From: Octopus vulgaris
Taxonomy: Eukaryota
Length of the DNA: 64,000 nucleotides
Assembly (NCBI GenBank): GCA_951406725.2
Contig: OX597816.1
Span: forward strand, 95,852,001-95,916,000
Direction of reading: 5' to 3'
Each line of letters starts with the position of its first letter. The stretch's first letter is position 1. The notes beneath the pieces were generated by a model. That model was not told where the DNA came from. It searched no databases and saw only the letters and a list, made by a program, of their open reading frames with translations. Made by a program: the position numbers and the translations under genes. Below, one piece after another: positions 13,250-26,324 of this stretch.

Positions 13250-14357
13250 CTGAAAAATAAAAATAATAATGAGACAAATAAAGCTCAGTTGTTGATTTCT
13301 AGCATGGAAAGCGGACGTTAAACGATGATGATGATGATGATGATGAAGCACTATATAGAAATGTAGAGGATGGTAATTTATTAGTTTGGCTACGTGTGGC
13401 AGTCATGTTGTGGAGTGGGATTTTTAAATATTTTTTTTTTTTATTAGATTGTGAGATATGATGTGAGGGAAACTGAACTACAAGCAAGTTGCATGATTAT
13501 GAAGAGGCTCTATTACTTGTTCAAGAAGTAATCATGAATGGGTTGGTATAGTAACAATCAAGGTATGTGAGGAGAAGAGAATTCAATTTTATACATCCAA
13601 TTCATTATATAGCCACCTTTGATATATCCCAATATTTTAGCAATAATGATAACCGAAATGGGTAATCAAACAAGTTTGACTTGGCTATGCTACAACCTAA
13701 TTCCTCACACAAAAATCTTAAACCCATGCAATGTTACTATTTTTGTAAGATTTGTGCTTATCTTGAAAATGCAAGAAACGGTCTTGGTCTTCCAGTGTTG
13801 TACTTTGTATATTGTTGAATTGAAGTAGCTATATGTTTGTGATTGATTGTACATTTAATTCCTTGAAGGGACAGTATTCATGATCTGTCAACCATGTATG
13901 CCTTCTGAGCACTTATCCCTGACTAACTTGCCTCAGATAATCTTATTATATAGTGGTAGCTAACTAAATGGAACTAAACGATAAGTGCTTTAGCTAAAAC
14001 CTTTCTATCTTCATGATAGTCTATGTTCTAAAGTTAAGATTTAAAGCATGTGGTCCGTTATTAAGACATTATATTAGCTGAGGATAAATTTGGCTAATAC
14101 ATTGGGCAGGCCAATGTCAGCCACAGCTGAGCAGCAAATAAGTGAGACAATTAGTTACATTAATTAAGCATCACAGGTAGTACTATGTGGAAAATCACTG
14201 TGGCTAATTATCTAATTGTGATAGTCATAAATCTATCACATTAGTTATCGAAGGACTTAGGTATATGCAGCTGTAATTCATAATGAAATAAACGAAAGAG
14301 GAAGACACAGTGATGGCATCAAATGAAAGGGTAAAGTAGGAAACAAATATGAATTAC

Positions 14358-14472
14358 CTTGGACAACTTAGGCAAAGGAGTGACAGTAGATGTTAGAGAT
14401 GACAAAGGTAAGATGTTGTATTGGTTGTCAATGACCAAACACTGGCTGCATGTGGTAAGAGACAGCAGAAAT
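14358..14472 (-). CDS. NAT10: NAT10 coding exon 6 (FLLSLTTCSQCLVIDNQYNILPLSS...LPKLSK)
   Basis: Homologous to FILSL..C..CLVIDDQLNILP; TAG acceptor, GTAATT donor; 115 nt. Confidence 0.94.
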
Positions 14473-14931
14473 CTAGACAAAAGAACAATAAAGGTTAGGG
14501 AAAAGCAATGAAACAAATATATACATAGTCTTACTGATTCACTTGTTAATGATCCATGATTTCTAGAACTGAAGGGAATCAATAGTAATATGTGACAGTA
14601 AGAGCCAATACAGTAAAAGCAAATTATGAAGTGAATTAGTAAGAAATGTCAAACATTTTCAGATCCTCTTTTCAGAGCAAACTAACATACATAGTTTCTT
14701 TGTTAAAAAAAATAACAAACAAGTTGATAAGATAAACATAGACAGAGGTGATTGGGAAACCGTAATTTTTTACTGTTGTCTCTATATCTTTCAAAGTGAT
14801 ATCCCACACTTTGAATCTTAACCAAAATCTCTCTAAATTACTAAGAAGATTCAACAGAAACAGAAAGCAGCAGGAAGTGGTCTCATGATATTTTCCTGCA
14901 CTGAGACCAAAAATAATACATACACACACAC

Positions 14932-14964
<33 letters not shown>

Positions 14965-14974
14965 TAAATTTCAG

Positions 14975-16300
14975 ACATGGAAGTAAGGCCTAGAATCAAA
15001 GCAAAAACTAAAATCTTAGTAAGTAGGAGAGCAGACAAATCACAAATCCTTTCAGGTAGATGGCCCTGCTTGATCTGCAGAAAAGGCATAGGTAGAAACT
15101 CCATAACAAGTATCCAGTGTAAGTTATGGACACATAAGAGGTGCAGCAATATTAGATGAAAGTTAATAGGGAAAATAGTTTTTGTATTTGGAAGGTGTTC
15201 AGGTACAATTAACATTAAAAATGTACAGATAATAGACTCCATCAAATGTCAAGGAGGAAAACTAGTAGTTGATAGCTTCTGTTACCTAGGCGACCAAGTC
15301 AGTAGCGGGGGTAGATACTCCGAGAGCATAGCTGCTAGAATAAGAATAGGCTGGGCAAATTTCTGCTAACAAAGGATCTCTCTCTCTCAGAGTGAAAGGC
15401 AGATTGTATGATGCTGGTGTGCAAACAGCCATGCTACATAGCAGTGAAACATGGGCTGTGACCACCAAGGACATATGTAGTCTTGTAAGAAATGAAGCTA
15501 GCATGCTTTGCTGGATGTGTAATGTCAGTGTGCATGCACAACAGTGTAAACGTCTTGAGAGAAAAATTGGACATAAGATGCATCAGATATGGAATGCAAG
15601 ATAGACTGTGCTGGTATGGTCATGTGATACATATGGATGTGAACAGCTGTGTAAACAAGTGCCACTCTCTAACAGTGGAGGGAACCTGTGGAAGAGGTAG
15701 ACCCAGGAAGACATGGGACAAAGTGGTGAAGTATGATCTTTGAATGTTGGGTGTCGTGGAGGCAATGCCAAAGGAGTCAGACTTTTGGCGATAAGCCATG
15801 CTTGAGAAGGCCTGTCAAGCCAAGTAAGATCATAGTTGTGGCTGATGCCAGTGTTGTGTGACTGGCATGTAAAAAGCATCCTTTGAATGTTGGGCAATAT
15901 GCTGTGCTTAAGAAGACCAGACAGATGCCAGTGCTGTGTGACTGGTACCCATGCCAGTGGCATGTAAAAAACAGTGTTCGAGTGTTGGGCCTCATGGAGG
16001 CAGTGACTGGTAACCAAGACCTTTTGTAATATACCATGCTTGAGAAGACCTGTCAAGCCAAGTGAGAGCATAGTCATGGCCAAAGCTAGTATCACATCAA
16101 TGGCACTTGTGCTGGTGGAATGAAAAAAGCACCCACTACACTCTTGGAGTGGTTGGTGTTAGGAAGGGCATCCAGCCATAGAAACCATGCTAAATCAGAT
16201 CGGAACCTGGTGCAGCTCCCCAGCTTACCAGTTTTCAATTAAACCATCCAATTCATGCCAGCATGGAAAACAGATGCATGATGATGATGGGGATGATGAT
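14975..16300 (+). mobile_element. 5'-truncated RTE-clade LINE (degenerate C-terminal RT region with Cys/His finger, 3' UTR, (GAT)n tail)
   Basis: KTKILVS..., WPCLICRKGIGRNSI..C..WTHKRCS, FCYLGD, ARIRIGW, KGRLY..VQTAMLHSSETW, LCWYGHV, GRGRPRKTW; frameshifts and stops. Confidence 0.85.
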
Positions 16301-16418
16301 AAAGACAGACAGACAGACAGATAAATAATAATTAGTGAATTGGTAATTATCTTATTGGATAACAAGAGATTTCTCTAAGACATATAGACACATATACAAA
16401 GCAAAGAACATAGAATAC

Positions 16419-16480
16419 CTTTCATTAAAGCGACCTGTGACTTCTTGATGTGATTCTGTCCTGAATCTTGAATGAACATC
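16419..16480 (-). CDS. NAT10: NAT10 coding exon 5 (DVHSRFRTESHQEVTGRFNER)
   Basis: Conserved DVHSR.RTE.H...GRFNER; CAG acceptor, GTATT donor; 62 nt. Confidence 0.95.
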
Positions 16481-16795
16481 CTGTTGACCGGAAATCAAAG
16501 CATATAATGTTACTAAAGTAGTGTTTTTGTTGCATTATACATTACATGGACATGGACACTTACAAACACACACACTTAAGTACAATGCTTTATAGCCCAC
16601 CCTCGTTGTTGTATGCCTATAGATTTTATAAACAGACAATTAGAGATAAACACAGACATTTGCAATAACAATAAGCTCTAGAAACTATGGAATGCACTTC
16701 TAAAAGACAATACTTACAACAAGAAAAAAAAAAAGAATCCCTTTCCCCAGGGTAGATACATGCAGCATCAGTAAGAATTGTATGTGTGCACTTAC

Positions 16796-16918
16796 CATTG
16801 TCATTGTGTATAGCTGTTTTAAAGATTTCATTGTTCGCAGTAAGATCACAATTAAGCCACCTCCTTCAACAGTTTCTACAGTACGAGCCAAAAGATTTGG
16901 AGTCAAAGCTTCAAAATC
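16796..16918 (-). CDS. NAT10: NAT10 coding exon 4 (DFEALTPNLLARTVETVEGGG...LYTMTM)
   Basis: Hallmark DFEALTPNLLARTVETVEGGG; AG/GTAAGT boundaries; 123 nt. Confidence 0.97.
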
Positions 16919-17429
16919 CTGAGAAAATAATACATAGGGAATTGAATTATGGTTACCATTGTTGATGTTAATATTACTGGATAAACCCTTGTTACCATAC
17001 TTTGGTTGAAACAGCCAACATTTGTTTTGTTTTAATTTTGAAATTAACGAAAAAAAAAAACTCAGTAAAATAACTGTCATTATAAAGCTAATACTTGAAA
17101 CATAAGATCAACATAAAGTACTGAGAGAAGGTTTTGATTTAGATCATTTGAAAAAAATTAGTTCGTTTCATAGAACCAGGACAGTTGCAGATGTGGTGGA
17201 ATCAAATGGGTTAAATCTTTATCAACCATAACAGAAGATTACAGTTATCATTGTATAACAGCAGATAGCTCAACAACAGTAGCCCCTCCAAGACATAGAA
17301 AAATGAATGGATGGCCAGAAACAGTCTTCAGTCAAAGTCAGAAGCATCCTAAATAAGATGTCACATAAGGAACCATAGATCAGTTTACTGATTTAGCTCC
17401 AGCATCTAAAGCTCAGTGAGAATATTCTA

Positions 17430-17700
17430 TGCCAGTGCTGCCTGACTGGCGTCCGTGTTGGTGACACATAAAAGCACCAACTAATATTGGCCGTTTGCCA
17501 GCCCGCCCTGGCCCCTGTGCTGGTGGCATGTAAAAAACACCCACTACACTCATGGAGTGGTTGGCGTTAGGAAGAGCATCCAGCTGTAGAAACACTGCCA
17601 AATCAGATTAGAGCCTGGTACAGCCTCCATGGCTTACCAGACCCCGGTCGAATCGTCCAATCCATGCTAGCATGGAAAACGGACGTTAAATAATGATAAT
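17430..17700 (+). mobile_element. Short copy of the RTE 3' end
   Basis: Same family motifs and tail. Confidence 0.75.
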
Positions 17701-17950
17701 GTTATAAAGAGAATTACTGGATGCAGGGCATTTAGCTAGAATACTGAATTTGTTGAGCTCCAATATAGTCTGATATTATATGGCACATTCCATTACTTAT
17801 CATATAGGAAATTTCATAGCAAATCGTATAGATTAATTTTGTATTTCCTAATTTTTCCAACACCTGGGCCATATCCATGTTTCAAACATTTGACAAATTC
17901 TTTCAAGAAGTGATGTAATGATCTTTACAAAAGAAGAAGAAAGTAGTTAC

Positions 17951-18134
17951 CTGAAGAACACACATGCCATAAGTGTTGCCAAGAATTTTATGAGTCTCCT
18001 TGTAATAACAGTAACGGATGTTGGTTGATGCCAAGAACAACTCAAAAGCATCAGCATCTTTCTCAGACATTGTTGCAATACGACCAGTCTTTATCTTTTT
18101 TTGCATCTTGCGCATACGTTTTTTGTGACCATGT
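17951..18134 (-). CDS. NAT10: NAT10 coding exon 3 (HGHKKRMRK...TNIRYCYYKETHKILGNTYGMCVLQ)
   Basis: Conserved sequence; TTACAG acceptor, CAG|GTAACT donor; 184 nt, phase consistent. Confidence 0.96.
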
Positions 18135-19967
18135 CTGTAAGACAAACAAGACCAATAAGTACCAAGAACTTCACAAGAATTCAAAGAACAAGATTATGTG
18201 TACTGAGAGGGTTTATAACCAATTCTAGCATGAAAAGCAGATGTTAAATGATGATCACTGTGATAGATGAACAACCAAGTTTAATTATTAAACAACTTGT
18301 AGTCTATAACTGAGATCAGTGTAATCAACACAGTTTGTGTTCCTCTTGAAAGTAGTTGCATACTCATGGCTACCAGAAACACTCCAGCAGGAAGAGAATT
18401 TCAGAAGACCATCAATGTGTGTGTAGTGGTTATTGCAACGTCTATGGTAGTGAACACACAATAGGTGACAAGAAAAGGAGTGCTTGAATGAAAGTGACTC
18501 AATTATTAATGAAACATGTCTATAACAGAACAGCTAAAATGTGATGAATATTGACATATCTTTTTTAATATAAAAATGAGCTTATTGTATAGTGCTCAGG
18601 AGCACTGTCAGAAAATGGTTAAAAAGGAGGCACAAAGCAGTAATAAGACAAGTAAGAAAGACTGCAATGATAGGCAAGTGCATGCATAGTACAAAGGAGA
18701 AAACAAAAAGTGGAAAAGTCGGGAAAAGAAAAGGGTGCATAGGCATGTCAGGAGAGAAAAAACATTTCCAAAAGTCATGAGTGTTGTATTGTTATTTTAT
18801 GCTAGAAGCATGTCCATGAATGATAAGAACACTGAATTCAAAAAGGTGGCCAAATATGATGTGAGAAATCCAAAATTACAATAATACCAGCAAACCAACA
18901 TATCTAGTTCTGAGAAATTATATTTCTATCTCTTTTAATTCGGGCATATATAGCGTGTAAAGAAAATAGATAATATTTAAATATACTATGATGTTACTGC
19001 TGTTTAGACCCAGATCAGATTTATCAGAGGTATTCTAAACACAAACATTTTGTTCCCTATTTTCCATGCAGTTTGTACCAAGGACTACATTATCCAATGT
19101 GTCCTTCATTTAAGACAGAACAATATGATTAAACAGAAGATTTGACTGCTACTTATTTCTACCAGATAAAGCAGACATTCTTTCATTTATAAAGTAGTAA
19201 TTGTTTCTAGCATAGGCACAGGGTTGGAAAGGGAGAGTGCAGTAGTTGAAGCTGCTTGCCACAGTCTACCTGGCTGATGTAACAACTTCCTATTGCTTTT
19301 CAAAAGTTGAGCGATTAGTAAGCATCCAATCTGTAAGAACTGCTTCAACAATATACAAAGACCCACAAATCCATCCAATGTGTTTTCAAGGATTTTAAGG
19401 ACTTGCTTCTTAGTCCAAACAGCTAAGTTAAATTTCATTCTTCCTTTACAGTGTTAGGAAATTAACCATTTTATGACTATTTTAAATGAAATACACGGCT
19501 TATCTGTTCCAATTAATTTTGAAAATAAACAAGAATTTAGAAGGCTTTGATAACACAATTCATGATTTTATAATTAATCTGCTGATTGAAGGAGGCAAAA
19601 TGGCAGAATTATTAGTGTTGGAACAAATGCTTGGAAGTATTTGTTCCAGTGCTTTATATTCCATGTTCAAATCCTATTGAAGTTAACTTTCTCTTTTGCC
19701 CTCTCAAGGTTGATAAAGTACCGGTAAAGTACATTGGGGTTGACGTAATCAACTCCTTCCACTTAATATTGTTGGCCTTGTGCCTAAATCAAAAACCAAT
19801 ATTAATCTGGTGTTTGGGATATCACTTAAGAAAAAGGTTTTTGCTTAAATGAAAATGGAAAGTCTTTATTTAAACAAACAATTGAAGATGAGAGGTTTTC
19901 TATCATAGATCCTATCAGAGTCTCAGATGAGTTATTAATGAATGGGTTAAAGTGCAAAATTACTTAC

Positions 19968-20059
19968 GAAGAGAAACCAAGTTCCTTTTTATAACACCAC
20001 AACACGGAAGGTCTGGCTTTTACCTCGGCCTTTGTTAACATATGATGGAGTACAACAAT
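19968..20059 (-). CDS. NAT10: NAT10 coding exon 2 (IVVLHHMLTKAEVKARPSVLWCYKKELGFS)
   Basis: Conserved RPSVLWCYKKELGFS motif; TTCCAG acceptor, GTAAGT donor; 92 nt. Confidence 0.95.
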
Positions 20060-21035
20060 CTGGAACAGGAAATGCATCAATATTATATCAAGTATTCTTC
20101 ACAAATATTGTCATGATATTTATGTCTACAATCCTATGTTCATGTATACTGGGTGGAATTCACTGAGACAGATTTTCTATGGACCGATACCTTTCCTGTA
20201 ACCAATACAAGGTTGTTTCCAAGTAAGATATTTCCCTATAGCCTAGCATATTTTCACAAAAGAGTGGAAACAAAAGACACGTTGTATAATGGTGATGCTT
20301 GTTTACAACTATTAATGTCAAGACAATGTAACATATGCAGACACATACACACTATATATATATATATATATATGCAGAATAGGCTTTTTTCAATTTCTGT
20401 CAACCAAATCCACCTCACAGGCTGTGGCTGGCCAGGATTACAGTACAAGACACTTGCCCAAGATGCCATTGTATGGCATCTTGTGTAAGTGGTAGGGAAG
20501 AAAGCTTCTTAACCACAAAGACATGCCTGCACCTATGTATATATGTGTGTGCGTATTTATATGCACACGAGTATACTTGTATGTGCATATTTGTATACAT
20601 ACATACACACACATAACATACATGTGTGCATGTTTGCCTGCCCATCTTTATATTGAGAATTCTTGAGCATGATGTTTGTGTTCATCACATACAACTTGTC
20701 CAGTAGAATAAAAAGTATCTGCTTGAAAAATAAGAGTCGGTAACAGGAAATGTATCTAATCATAAAAACTGCCTGAATAATTCTCATCCAGCCCATACAA
20801 ATATAGAAAATGAAGACATGAAAAATGATAATTAAAGTGAGACATCAAATCAGGATAAAGAAGACATACTTCAGCTGTGACTGATTAAAGATTAAGTTTC
20901 AGGTGTAACCCTCAAATTGTTAGCTTCAGATTTTTAGGATAACCTTTTTACCCAAAATACATATGCCCTATATTTTGTACTAAGTACTTTTACTTAGGGA
21001 TAAGAGAGAGAGAGAATATATGTGAAACACTATAC

Positions 21036-21143
21036 CTGGTCATGTCCTTGATCAGCAACCACAACAAACATAGTGCGATGTTTTTTAGCCACACCATTCT
21101 CAATTAGTGTTTTGATACGGTTATCAATTTTCTTGCGAGTCAT
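21036..21143 (-). CDS. NAT10: NAT10 coding exon 1 (MTRKKIDNRIKTLIENGVAKKHRTMFVVVADQGHDQ)
   Basis: ATG at 21143; matches the NAT10/Kre33 N-terminus; CAG|GTATA donor; upstream TTTTACAG acceptor at 21172 implies an earlier UTR exon; 108 nt, phase 0. Confidence 0.95.
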
Positions 21144-21687
21144 TTTAAAATATCACAGTTTAAAATACCAGCTGTAAAAGAAAGAAAATTACTAGAGACA
21201 AAAATGGGAACTAGTCAAATTAGACATTCTGTTGCATTAGGGGGAACAGAGCTTTTGACTACCCTAAATAAGGAATTGTTTATTATTTTCTCATGAAGAA
21301 GCAAATTAAATAACTTTAGCAAGAAATAAGTCATCAAGCACAGAAAGAAGAAGCAATAAATCTGACCCATTTCTATGTTTACCAGTATGCAAAAGATTCT
21401 GAAACAATACGAAAATGTTTTGAGCCAAACTACAAATCTTCAACTCTCATTTAAACTTGTTTCCATCACTCATTCATTTTTCATTTTTCTTAATCTAAAG
21501 GAATTTCTTAGAATCTTTTACTTCTGAAGACAACGTATCAACTGAATGAGAGTCCTGTTTTTCCCAGAATATATTCTCAGTATATTACACATTCATGACC
21601 AAAACCTTTAGTTTGAAGCCTGTTGAACAGAAAAGGCTACCTTCTATGTCTTGGTTTCATGTGTTTTTTTTCCCAATATTTTTAATT

Positions 21688-21858
21688 ATGTAAAAAGCAC
21701 CATCCGATCGTGGCCGTTTGCCAGCCTCGTCTGGCACCTGTACCGGTGGCACGTAAAAAGCACCCACTACACTCACGGAGCCTTCTGGCTTCCCAGACCC
21801 CAGTTGAACCGTCCAACCCATGCTAGCATGGAAAGCGGACGTTAAACGACAATGATGA
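21688..21858 (+). mobile_element. Short, internally deleted copy of the RTE 3' end
   Basis: Same family motifs and tail. Confidence 0.7.
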
Positions 21859-23698
21859 TTTAGAGTAAATTTCAAATATAAGAGTATTTTTATTCAATTT
21901 CTCTTGTCTTTCACAGTAACAGCTAGTTTTTGCATTTTGTCACAGTATATCTGTCTACCTAAGATGGTTCATGCAAATATATGCTCTACAAAATAAACAT
22001 CTACCTATCAGCAATGTATAGCAATGTTCTCAATGCAGAACGAAAGACAAAATACAATATTTCTTTAAAGAAAGTATATTATGAAATATTAAAAATAAAG
22101 TGACTTTTTTTCCAACCACCAGTGGAGCATACATTCTTTCTGGAAAGTTATTTTGGAGCCTGGAGGAAAATATGTTGGGAAACATTGTTATATGCCATTG
22201 TTATGATTGATGTAAAGACCAAAATTCTAGGCAGGAGCTTCTGGGGTTTAAGAGAATATCTGTTGCTGGAATTATGTCTAAAAAATGGAATCTAAGTGCT
22301 CCATAGCTGACTGCGCAATTGGCATATTTGATTAATTTTTGAAACCCAAATACCTAAGCTTTTAACAGAATGTATTAATATTAGACTTGAGAATGTTTCT
22401 TTTTATTATTTTCAAGTTATACTAAGTAATTAGATGATGGTGGATGATGCTGTTGTGGTGATGGAGAAAGCAAGACTTGGTGAAGGCAAGTTGTGAGGTC
22501 AGATATTAAAATTTGAGTCTCAAAGACAACATAAGACAAAGTAGTTGATTTGAGTTGCAAAATCTATCAAGGTAAGCTGATATGAAACGATGATTATATA
22601 TATTAACCATAATAAAGCAGTTCTATTAGAAACTGACTAGAAACACAAACTAATCAGTCCAGCAACTCATCTAAATAATCCTTTAAACACATTATTTATA
22701 ATTTCTCAGTGTTTTGAAATTATTTTCTTTTCACAGTCACCAGCCCCAGACAGAACATACGCAAATACCAAAAACAATTTGCAATCTTGTAGTGGTTAAG
22801 TATGAGATTCATATCTTTCCCAATGGCATTTTTCAACCTAAGTGATGAGTCGGTTCATTTATTAAATACTCTTATTAGTATTAAGATTTGGTGTCGAAGC
22901 AATAAAATAATAAACACATACATAGCAGAATAGCATTAAATACTCTGGTATTTAGCAAGATCATTTTATTAGACAAGCAGTTAAATGCGTACGATCGGCA
23001 CATCCTCCTCCCTACATCTTAAACATTCAGAGCAAACACACCCAACAATTTGTTATTAATTTAATGGTGCTTAATTGCAATTAGGCTGTTTCTACTTGAC
23101 TGTAAGAAAAATGAAAGATTGCCTGCAATTAAATAGAACGGACTGCTAGAAATTCTAGATGTTTTAAAGCAAATTAGCGCTGACAACATATCTATGAGCG
23201 TTCCAACTGTGGCCATCACGTCCCGACAGTTCAGCATTATGTATCAAAGACTGCATTATCCACAGCGTCCTTTTTGTCAAGGCGGCCAGGTATAGTATGA
23301 GGGCGATTTTTTGGTAGCTATTTCAAGGAGCTCGAACGACCACACATTGGATCTCTCGTTAGGTTGGAGGAAATCGAAAGATAATACCAGGAAGGTAACT
23401 CAATCAATTCCGAACACCCAATCTTCGGTAATGACGTAGCGTTATAAATAATAAACACGTGAAGAGAAAAACATATATTTGTAAAAGACATAAGAAAACA
23501 ATGAATGAAAGAGATTTATGGCAAGAAGAAAATTTATGTTGAGTGAAAGTAATACTGAGCCAACTCCAGTGTTTACTCCACGTGTTCAACACGTAGAAGT
23601 AACTAACATATAATAAAAGGGTAAATTATATAGTAAATAAGTCTCATATCCACCCAAACATGACATATGTAATAAAGAGCCAGTGTTCTACTACTCAC

Positions 23699-23860
23699 GG
23701 TTATTCAGGGATTAGATATACTTCGTAAAAAAATATATTTAACACATGCCGATTACTTTTATAACAACGAAGTTTGTATCGGTTAAAGGAAAACACCGGT
23801 TAAAGTGTTACCACATGACATGCGCAACCGGAACATCTCAACGATATTTGAGAGCACATG
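23699..23860 (-). promoter_or_regulatory. NAT10: Probable NAT10 non-coding first exon and housekeeping promoter
   Basis: GTGAGT donor at 23698-23693; nearby NRF1-like CATGCGCA (~23819-23826), ETS-like CCGGAA (23828-23833) and CACATG E-boxes; locally more CpG; no clear TATA. Confidence 0.45.
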
Positions 23861-25107
23861 TTTGTTGCTAGTTACTTCTGATCGTGTATGTTTATAATTA
23901 ATGTCATTTCCGTCGTTACCATACCATCTTTTAAGATATCTAGTTCTAAATTATCTAACCTGTCCTTTTCTTTTTAAAGATGAGTGTAGAGAACATTTAA
24001 CTGTTTGTTTTTTTCGAAGTGGAGAGCCTGCATAGAAGTTTTTTCGCAGTCTTGAAGGTTTGTTGTTGTATCGGTATCACCGATCACTCCAGATTGAGCC
24101 GAGCTATGATGAAAACAAATTCCTACCGTAACCATCGCATATTTTAAAATCAGGTAGTGTGTACCCAGGACCTCATTATTAAATGATCCTCATATAAAGT
24201 AGTAGGGTGTGTTTTGATGGAAATATAGCTGCTATTTCTAGCACTTCGTGCAACATGGTAGAAGATCATTTCTATATCGTTACTCGAAATAAATGTATAG
24301 ATAAGTATTGGAAAAAAATATTAAACAAGTTAAACTAAAGTGTGTCTGTAGCATATTTTATGAAGGGGCGCTGAATCTATTTGATCGACTTATAATTTTT
24401 TTTTTATGAATTCAAGAGCGTATATATCAGCGGGCATGGTGTGGGTGATATGTGAAATAAATGCAAAAGTTCCACTTTATTATTTTACATAAAATTTAAT
24501 ATTTGCCAGCTAGCCGACCTGTCTTGTTTGAGGCATTTAAAAGATAAACACTGGGAATGATAGCTTTGAAATGGTAAATTATTAAACAAATGAGTAGGCA
24601 TTTCCCCTATTGATCTTGATTTTATATCAAACCTAGTTTAGAAACACGAAGCATAAAAGTTAAAACATCACGTAAATTCACTAAGTACTCGTCTCCCGAT
24701 ACTCAATCCTAATATGATGTTCATTTGTTTTCCTGGTCTAGCGTGAAAATGCGACTATTAATTTAAAACTGAATTGAGCTAGAAATTTTGCATAAGGTAA
24801 AAGTAGAGACTCTTTATCAATAAAATGTTTCTTACCTGCTTAAAAATACCTATATGATTTAATGGCTGCAGCGTAACGGTTTGTATTAATAGCCTTTCTA
24901 CTATAGACACAAGGCCTGAAATTTTGGGGAAGGGAACTAGTCGATTACATCGACCTCAATGCTCAGCTTTTACTTATTCTATCGATCTCTAAAGGATGAA
25001 AAGCAAAGTCGATTTCGTGGGGTGGGGGATTTAGCTCAGAAGAAATGCCGCTAAGCATTCTGTTCGACATGCAAACGATTTCGTCAGCACGTCGCCCTAA
25101 AGGTATA

Positions 25108-26114
25108 TCTCTATATATAAAACTCTAGTTGTGTGAGTGTCTGTCCCCTTCGATTTAGATTCCTAACTACTCCCACATTTTGCGGTGCAGTTTAACCAAA
25201 TTCGGGTATCTTATAGTCGTGATTCATATCGAGCCCGTCTGGCTATTAGCGCGCGTCAACGATGAGTCTACGATTTTAAAAATAATTTAACATCATTTTT
25301 TATTCCATTTTAATGCATAAAATTTTCGTGTGTCGATGGCGGCGGAGTTGGCGTCCACGCTCACAGCTGCACCTGTTTGCTTCTCCCGTGAAGCTGTGGG
25401 GAAGGGAGTGTAAAGAAATCAACGTCGTAATGCGTTGTCAAAGAGACCAGCGTTCTTTTAGAACAACGACTTCATGGCTTGAAGACACCAAAACAAAATG
25501 GCTAAGAAAGCCCGAATTGGCATCTATAAGGAAAGTAACTCTCTAAAAATGCTTATATAGTTATTTCCCTTACAAACCCGAGCAACGCCGGGCGATACTG
25601 CTTGTCTATATATATAAAACTGTAGTTGTGTGAGTGTCTGTCCCCTTCGATTTAGATTCCTAACTACTCCCACATTTTCCGGTGCAGTTTAACCAAATTT
25701 GGGTATCTTATAGTCGTGATTAATATCGAGCCCGTCTGGGTATTAGCGCGCGTCTACGATGAGTCTACGATTTTAAAAATAATTTAACATCTTTTTTTTC
25801 CATTTCTTCCAATTTTTTCGTGTGTCGATGGCGGCGGAGTTGGCGTTCACGGTCACACCTGCACCTGTGTTGCTTCTCCCCCTTCTTCCCTCCCTCGTGA
25901 AGCTGTGGGGAAGGGAGTGTAACGAAATCAACGTCGTAAAGCGTTGTCTAGGAGACCAGCGTTCTTTTAGAACAACGACTTCATGGCTTGAAGACACCAA
26001 AATTACCATAATTTTTAATTCCATTTTTAATGCATCTTTTTGCTATAACTCACTAAAAATGCTTATATAGTTATTTCCCTTACAAACCCGAGCAACGCCG
26101 GGCGATATTGCTAG
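25108..26114 (+). mobile_element. Head-to-tail tandem of two non-autonomous Helitrons (25108-25604, 25605-26114)
   Basis: 5' TC, subterminal hairpin CCCGAGCAACGCCGGG, 3' CTAG (CTTG in the first copy); inserted between A and T with no TSD. Confidence 0.85.
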
Positions 26115-26324
26115 TATTAAATACATCAGTAATATACTGATTCGTTCAACGGATTTTATGAGAAATAAAACGATTACACTCAATTATTATATGATGAGTT
26201 AATGCATCGAAATAGAGAACTAAAATGATAAGTATTAGACTTGGAATAAAAACTAGTCAGACTTTTTTACGGTTGCTATCCATTCAGTTTGATTGTAATT
26301 TGTTTTGCAACATCAATATTAGCA

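Noticed and set aside
16982-17213. Possible piggyBac-like MITE (AACCCTT...GGGTTAA; similar end at ~34310-34332)
   Set aside because: Ends too degenerate to fix boundaries or confirm a TTAA TSD.
531-23698. Intronic snoRNA (for example SNORD13/U13, the NAT10 guide) hosted in NAT10 introns
   Set aside because: By eye, no AACCTTGTTACGAC-type 18S antisense element and no convincing C/D pair with a terminal stem were found; the ATGATGA hits examined were mostly retroelement tails. An Infernal/snoscan run would be needed to exclude it.
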